A stretch of 64,000 bases of DNA from Phyllobates terribilis (Eukaryota), in NCBI RefSeq assembly GCF_046119375.1, contig NW_027362771.1:261206001-261270000 (forward strand), given 5' to 3'. Of this stretch, positions 60,064 to 64,000 are shown one piece after another; position 1 is the first letter of the stretch; every line of letters begins with the position of its first letter. The translations under genes were made by a program, and so were the position numbers. The notes below the pieces were generated by a model. That model made no database searches. It was given only the letters and a program-made list of their open reading frames with translations, and was not told the DNA's origin.

Positions 60064-61655
60064 CAGTGGGGGAAATAAGTATTTGATCCCTTGCTGTTTT
60101 TGTACGTTTGCCCACTGACAAAGACATGAACAGTTTATAATTTTAAGGGTAGGTTAATTTTAACATTGAGAGATAGAATATCCAAAACAAAACAAGAAAA
60201 TTACATTGTATAAATTAGATAATTTTTTTGCATTTTGCAGTGAGAAATAAGTATTTGATCCCCTACAAACCATTATGAGTTCTGGCTCCTACAGACCAGT
60301 TAGACGCTCCTAATCAATTCGTTACCTGCATTAAAGACAGCTGTTTTACATAGTCACCTGTATAAAAGACTCCTGTCCACAGACTCAATTAATCAATCAG
60401 ACTCTAACCGCTACAACATGGGCAAGACCAAAGAGCTTTCTAAGGATGTGAGGGACAAGATCATAGACCTGCACAAAGCTGGAGTGGGCTACAAAACAAT
60501 AAGTAAGACGCTGGGTGAGAAGGAGACAACTGTTGGTGCAATAGTTAGAAAATGGAAGAAATACAAATGACTGCCAATCGACATTGATCTGGGGCACCAT
60601 GCAAAATCTCACCTCATGGGGTATCCTTGATCATGAGGAAGGTGAGAGATCAGCCTAAAACTACACGGGGGAACTTGTTAATGATCTCAAGGCAGCTGGG
60701 ACCATAGTCACCAAGAAAACCATTGGTAACACATTAAGCCTTAAAGGTTTAAAATCCTGCAGTGCCCGCAAGGTCCCCCTGCTCAAGAAGGCACATGTGC
60801 AGGCCCGTCTGAAGTTTGCCAATGAACACCTGGATGATTCTGTGAGTTATTGTGAGAAGGTGCTGTGGTCAGATGAGACAAAAATTGAGCTCTTTGGCGT
60901 TAACTCAACTCGATGTGTTTGGAGGAAGAAGAAGGATGAGTACAACCCTAAGAACATTGTCGCAACCGTGAAGCATGGTGGGGGAAACATTATACTTTGG
61001 GGGTGCTTTTCTGCAAAGGGGACATGACGACTGCGCCGTACTGAAGGAAAGATGGATGGGGTCATGTATCGCGAGATTTTGGCCAATAACCTCCTTCCCT
61101 CAGTAAGAGCATTGAAGATGGGTCATGGCTGGGTCTTCCAACAAGACAATGACCCAAAACATACAGCCAAGGCAACAAAGGAGTGGCTCAAAAAGAAGCA
61201 CAGTAAGGTCATGGAGTGGCCTAGCCAGTCTCCAGACCTTAATCCCATAGAAAACTTATGGAGGGAGTTGAAGCTCTGAGTTTCCAAGCGACAGCCTCAA
61301 AATCTTAATGATTTAGAGATGATCTGCAAAGAGGAGTGGACCAAAATTCCTCCTGACATGTGCGCAAACTTCATCATCAACTACAAAAAACGTCTGACTG
61401 CCGTGCTTGCCAACAAGGGTTTTGCCATCAAGTATTAAGTGTTGTTTGCCAGAGTGATCAAATACTTATTTCTCACTGCAAAATGCAAAAAAAATTATCA
61501 AATTTATACAATGTGATTTTCTTGATTTTTTTTTTAGATATTCAATCTCTCAATGTTAAAATTAACCTACCCTTAAAATTATAGACTGTTCATGTCTTTG
61601 TCAGTGGGCAAACTTACAAAAACAGCAAGGGATCAAATACTTATTTCCCCCACTG
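60064..61655 (+). mobile_element. Full-length but defective Tc1 transposon (1592 bp)
   Basis: TA|CAGTGGGGGAAATAAGTATTTGATCCC ... GGGATCAAATACTTATTTCCCCCACTG|TA, with inner direct repeats at ~60246 and ~61455. Confidence 0.95.
60418..61438 (+). pseudogene. Tc1 transposase pseudogene
   Basis: [16 protein letters not shown]...WSDETK...FQQDNDPKH...SPDLNPIE...KGFAIKY* with frameshifts and internal stops. Confidence 0.92.
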
Positions 61656-61699
61656 TATATCATGTCAGAAGAGAGAGAAATGATTGTAATAGCGGCTCC

Positions 61700-62134
61700 A
61701 ACCTGCAAAGCTGATCTTGCAACAGCAATCAGAGAAAGTTGGAGCCAGATTGATGAAGAGTACTGTTTGTCACTCATTAAGTCCATGCTTCAGAGACTGC
61801 AAGCTGATATTAAAGCCAGAGGTGGTGCAACAAAATACTAGTGATGTATTGGAGTGTTCTTTTGTGTGTTTGTTTTTCATGATTCCAGAATTTTTTCCTC
61901 AGAATTGAGTGATTCCATAATTTTTTCCCTCTGCTTGGTCTGAAAAAAATTACCCTTACTGAGTACCACATTTTTTATCTTGATTTATTTTAGTGTTTCT
62001 TAAAGCCCTAAAGTTGCCATTTAAAATGACTTTAGTTTTGTGCCATGTCTGTGATCTGCTTTTTTTCAACAACATTAACAACTGAATGAACATCCTCCGA
62101 GCCCGGTGATTCCATAATTTTTGCCAGGGGTTGT
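61700..62134 (+). mobile_element. 3' fragment of another Tc1 family
   Basis: APTCKADLATAIRESWSQIDEEYCLSLIKSM.QRLQA.IKARGGATKY*, then a right TIR ending GATTCCATAATTTTTGCCAGGGGTTG|TA. Confidence 0.85.
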
Positions 62135-62287
62135 ATATATTTTTAACACTATGATCTAATTTTCATGTCTGCTGCTTATTTTATATATTTGTTTTGATAT
62201 TTATTGTTTTCTGCTAATTAATTGTTGACACTCATGTGATGATGTCAGCAATGTTTAATGGGCTTTTATTGCTATGTAATTTTACAT

Positions 62288-62330
62288 TTATCCTGAAGAA
62301 GGGGATGGTCAGACCCTGAAACTTGAATAA
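62288..62330 (+). ncRNA. Minimal hammerhead-like motif (Penelope-like 3' region)
   Basis: TTATC-CTGAAGA-AGGG/CCCT stem II-GAAA-CTT-GAATAA. Both core boxes are intact, but stem III appears one nucleotide short. Confidence 0.55.
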
Positions 62331-62666
62331 TTTACAATAAATATCTTTCTATCATATCTGTGCATAAACGGATCTTCTTTTAGCTGCAGACAGCTGTTGT
62401 TTTGGTCCTGTGGTTTATTAGGACTTCTGTGCACCTCCATGTTTAGACCAAGGCTTAGTAGATCTTCTTGTATGTTGTTTAATGCGTCAGGTTTCCATTC
62501 ATAAACAGAACAGATAATCAATGACATCCAATATATAATAACCACAAGCAAAATCAAGGTAAACAAGAAGTAAAACCATCTAAATGCTAAGTACTGTGCA
62601 AAAGTTTCAGGCACGTGTGGAAAAAATGCTGCAAAGTAAGAATGCTTTTACAAATAGAAATGTTAA

Positions 62667-63290
62667 GGCTGAGTTCACACAATGCGTTTTTAATGCGTTT
62701 CCGCAGCATTTTTGCAGCTGCGTAAACGCCGCGGAAACGCATTAAAAACGCATGGTAGAAGGGCAGCAATGTTCCCCAATTGAAATCCGCATGTGCTGTG
62801 CCCATGATGCGGATTTTTCCGCAGCGTAAACGCTGCGCTCAAAAATCCGCAGCATGTCAATTAATTTTGCGTAAGCGCGGCGTTTTCGCTGCCATTGACT
62901 TGCATTAGAACGCGCCAATTCCGCAAGACTGCATTTGTACTTGCGCTATTGGCGCGTTCTAATGTGCGGATGGTACCCGGGTGTGGAGAAGATGAGACTC
63001 TCCTCCACACCCAGGTACCATTTAAAAAGCTGTAAAACAAGAATAAAATAAAAAATAAAGATATATTCACCTTCTGACGGCCCCCGGTCTCCTTCCCTCT
63101 GCTCACGTGCAAGACTGAAGGACCTTCGGTGACGTCACAGTCATGTGACCGCAGGCCCTTCAGCGCAGTGTTTCGCAATATCCCGGCAGCCAGGAACATG
63201 CCAGGAACGAATGCAGCAGCACACACCGGGGCATCAGAGGGTAAGTATAGCTTTATTTTTTTATTTTTAAACATTCTTACGATCACACTA
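62667..63290. mobile_element. PIF/Harbinger-type MITE, interrupted by a Tc1
   Basis: TAA|GGCTGAGTTCACAC left end. Homologous to 42415-42865. Confidence 0.65.
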
Positions 63291-64000
63291 CAGTCATGGC
63301 CAAAAGTATTGAGAATGAGACAAATAGTAATTTTTCCAAAGTTTACTGCTTCATTTTTTGCAATGGCAATTTGCATATACTCCTGAATGTCAGAGTGATC
63401 AGCTTAACCGCAATTACTGCACTTGCAAAGTCAATATTTGCCCAGAAAATGAACTTTAACCCCCAAAACACATTTCAACATCATTGCAGTCCTGCCTTAA
63501 AAGGAGCAGCTAACATCGTTTTAGTGATTGATCCATTAACACAGGTGTGGGTGTTGATGAGGACAGGGCTGGCGATCAATCAGTCATGATTAAGTAAGAA
63601 TGACATCACTGGACACTTTAAAAGGAGGCTGGTTCTTGGTATCATTGTTTCTCTTCAGTTAACCATGGTTATCTCTAAAGAAACACGTGCAGCCATCATT
63701 GCACTGCACAAAAATGGCCTAACAGGGAAGAGTATCGCAGCTACAAAGATTGCACCTCAGTCAACAATCTATCGCATCATCAAGAACTTCAAGGAGAGAG
63801 CTTCCATTGTTGTCAAAAAGGCTCCAGGGCGCCCAAGAAAGACCAGCAAGCTCCAGGACCGTATCTTAAAACTGTTTCAGCTGCGGGATCGGACTACCAG
63901 CAGTGCCGAGCTTGCTCAGGAATGGCAGCAGGCTGGTGTGAGTGCTTCTGCACGCACTGTGAGGCGGAGACTCTTTGAGCAAGGGCTGGTTTCAAGGAGG
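63291..64000 (+). mobile_element. Tc1-family transposon, 5' part (runs off the window)
   Basis: TA|CAGTCATGGCCAAAAGTATTGAG left TIR followed by a transposase ORF. Confidence 0.9.
63665..64000 (+). CDS. Tc1 transposase N-terminus, 112 codons open to the window edge
   Basis: MVISKETRAAIIALHKNG...STIYRIIKNFKE...APGRPRKTS...SARTVRRRL.. (HTH plus GRPR). No stop within the window. Confidence 0.85.
   Translation, partial: MVISKETRAAIIALHKNGLTGKSIAATKIAPQSTIYRIIKNFKERASIVVKKAPGRPRKTSKLQDRILKLFQLRDRTTSSAELAQEWQQAGVSASARTVRRRLFEQGLVSRR

Larger units (their letters stand above)
1..64000 (+). other. RELN: Reelin gene body (partial; 9 internal exons plus introns; window starts and ends in introns)
   Basis: Nine spliced exons translate into sequence recognisable as reelin. 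All intron phases are compatible. No transcription start or end of the gene is visible. Confidence 0.93.

Noticed and set aside
62309-62614. 101-aa minus-strand ORF resembling a membrane protein
   Set aside because: The hydrophobic stretch reflects T-rich DNA. It has a non-ATG start inside a Tc1 end, overlaps a Penelope-like tail and has no recognisable domain.
38430-64000. Next RELN exon (IISVELP...FRWWQ...)
   Set aside because: I looked for it by eye and found no matching segment with splice sites. It is presumed to lie beyond the window, though a miss is possible.

Overview
This is vertebrate genomic DNA, most likely from a neobatrachian frog; that is inferred from the TE repertoire and cannot be proven here. 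The whole window appears to lie inside the reelin gene (RELN, + strand). Nine coding exons were recovered by eye (9663-9808, 25220-25371, 28035-28147, 28645-28853, 30706-30834, 31788-31897, 33948-34014, 36182-36415, 38268-38429). All have AG/GT boundaries and splice into one open frame of 1322 nt. Their sizes match human RELN exons ~11-19 as I recall them, covering the end of the N-terminal hinge region and most of reelin repeat 1 with its EGF motif. The flanking exons were not found, so the first ~9.6 kb and the last ~25.5 kb are intronic. The introns are packed with transposons: one Tc1 with an intact DD34E transposase ORF, several dead Tc1/mariner copies, TTAA-targeting Kolobok/T2-type MITEs, non-autonomous piggyBac-like elements, Harbinger-type and hAT MITEs, CR1 fragments, and Penelope-derived fold-backs carrying hammerhead-like motifs. 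The most striking object is an 11,956-bp composite hAT element (45254-57209, perfect 8-bp TSD CTCTTGAT). It carries a broken BED-DDE transposase, a ~110-bp x ~18 tandem array, a truncated Ngaro-type retroelement (RNase H, tyrosine recombinase, SGNH hydrolase), and three TG..CA LTR-like insertions. Two of those insertions contain an internal tRNA-Ser primer-binding-site-like motif. No database searches were run, so family names come from recognised motifs only.
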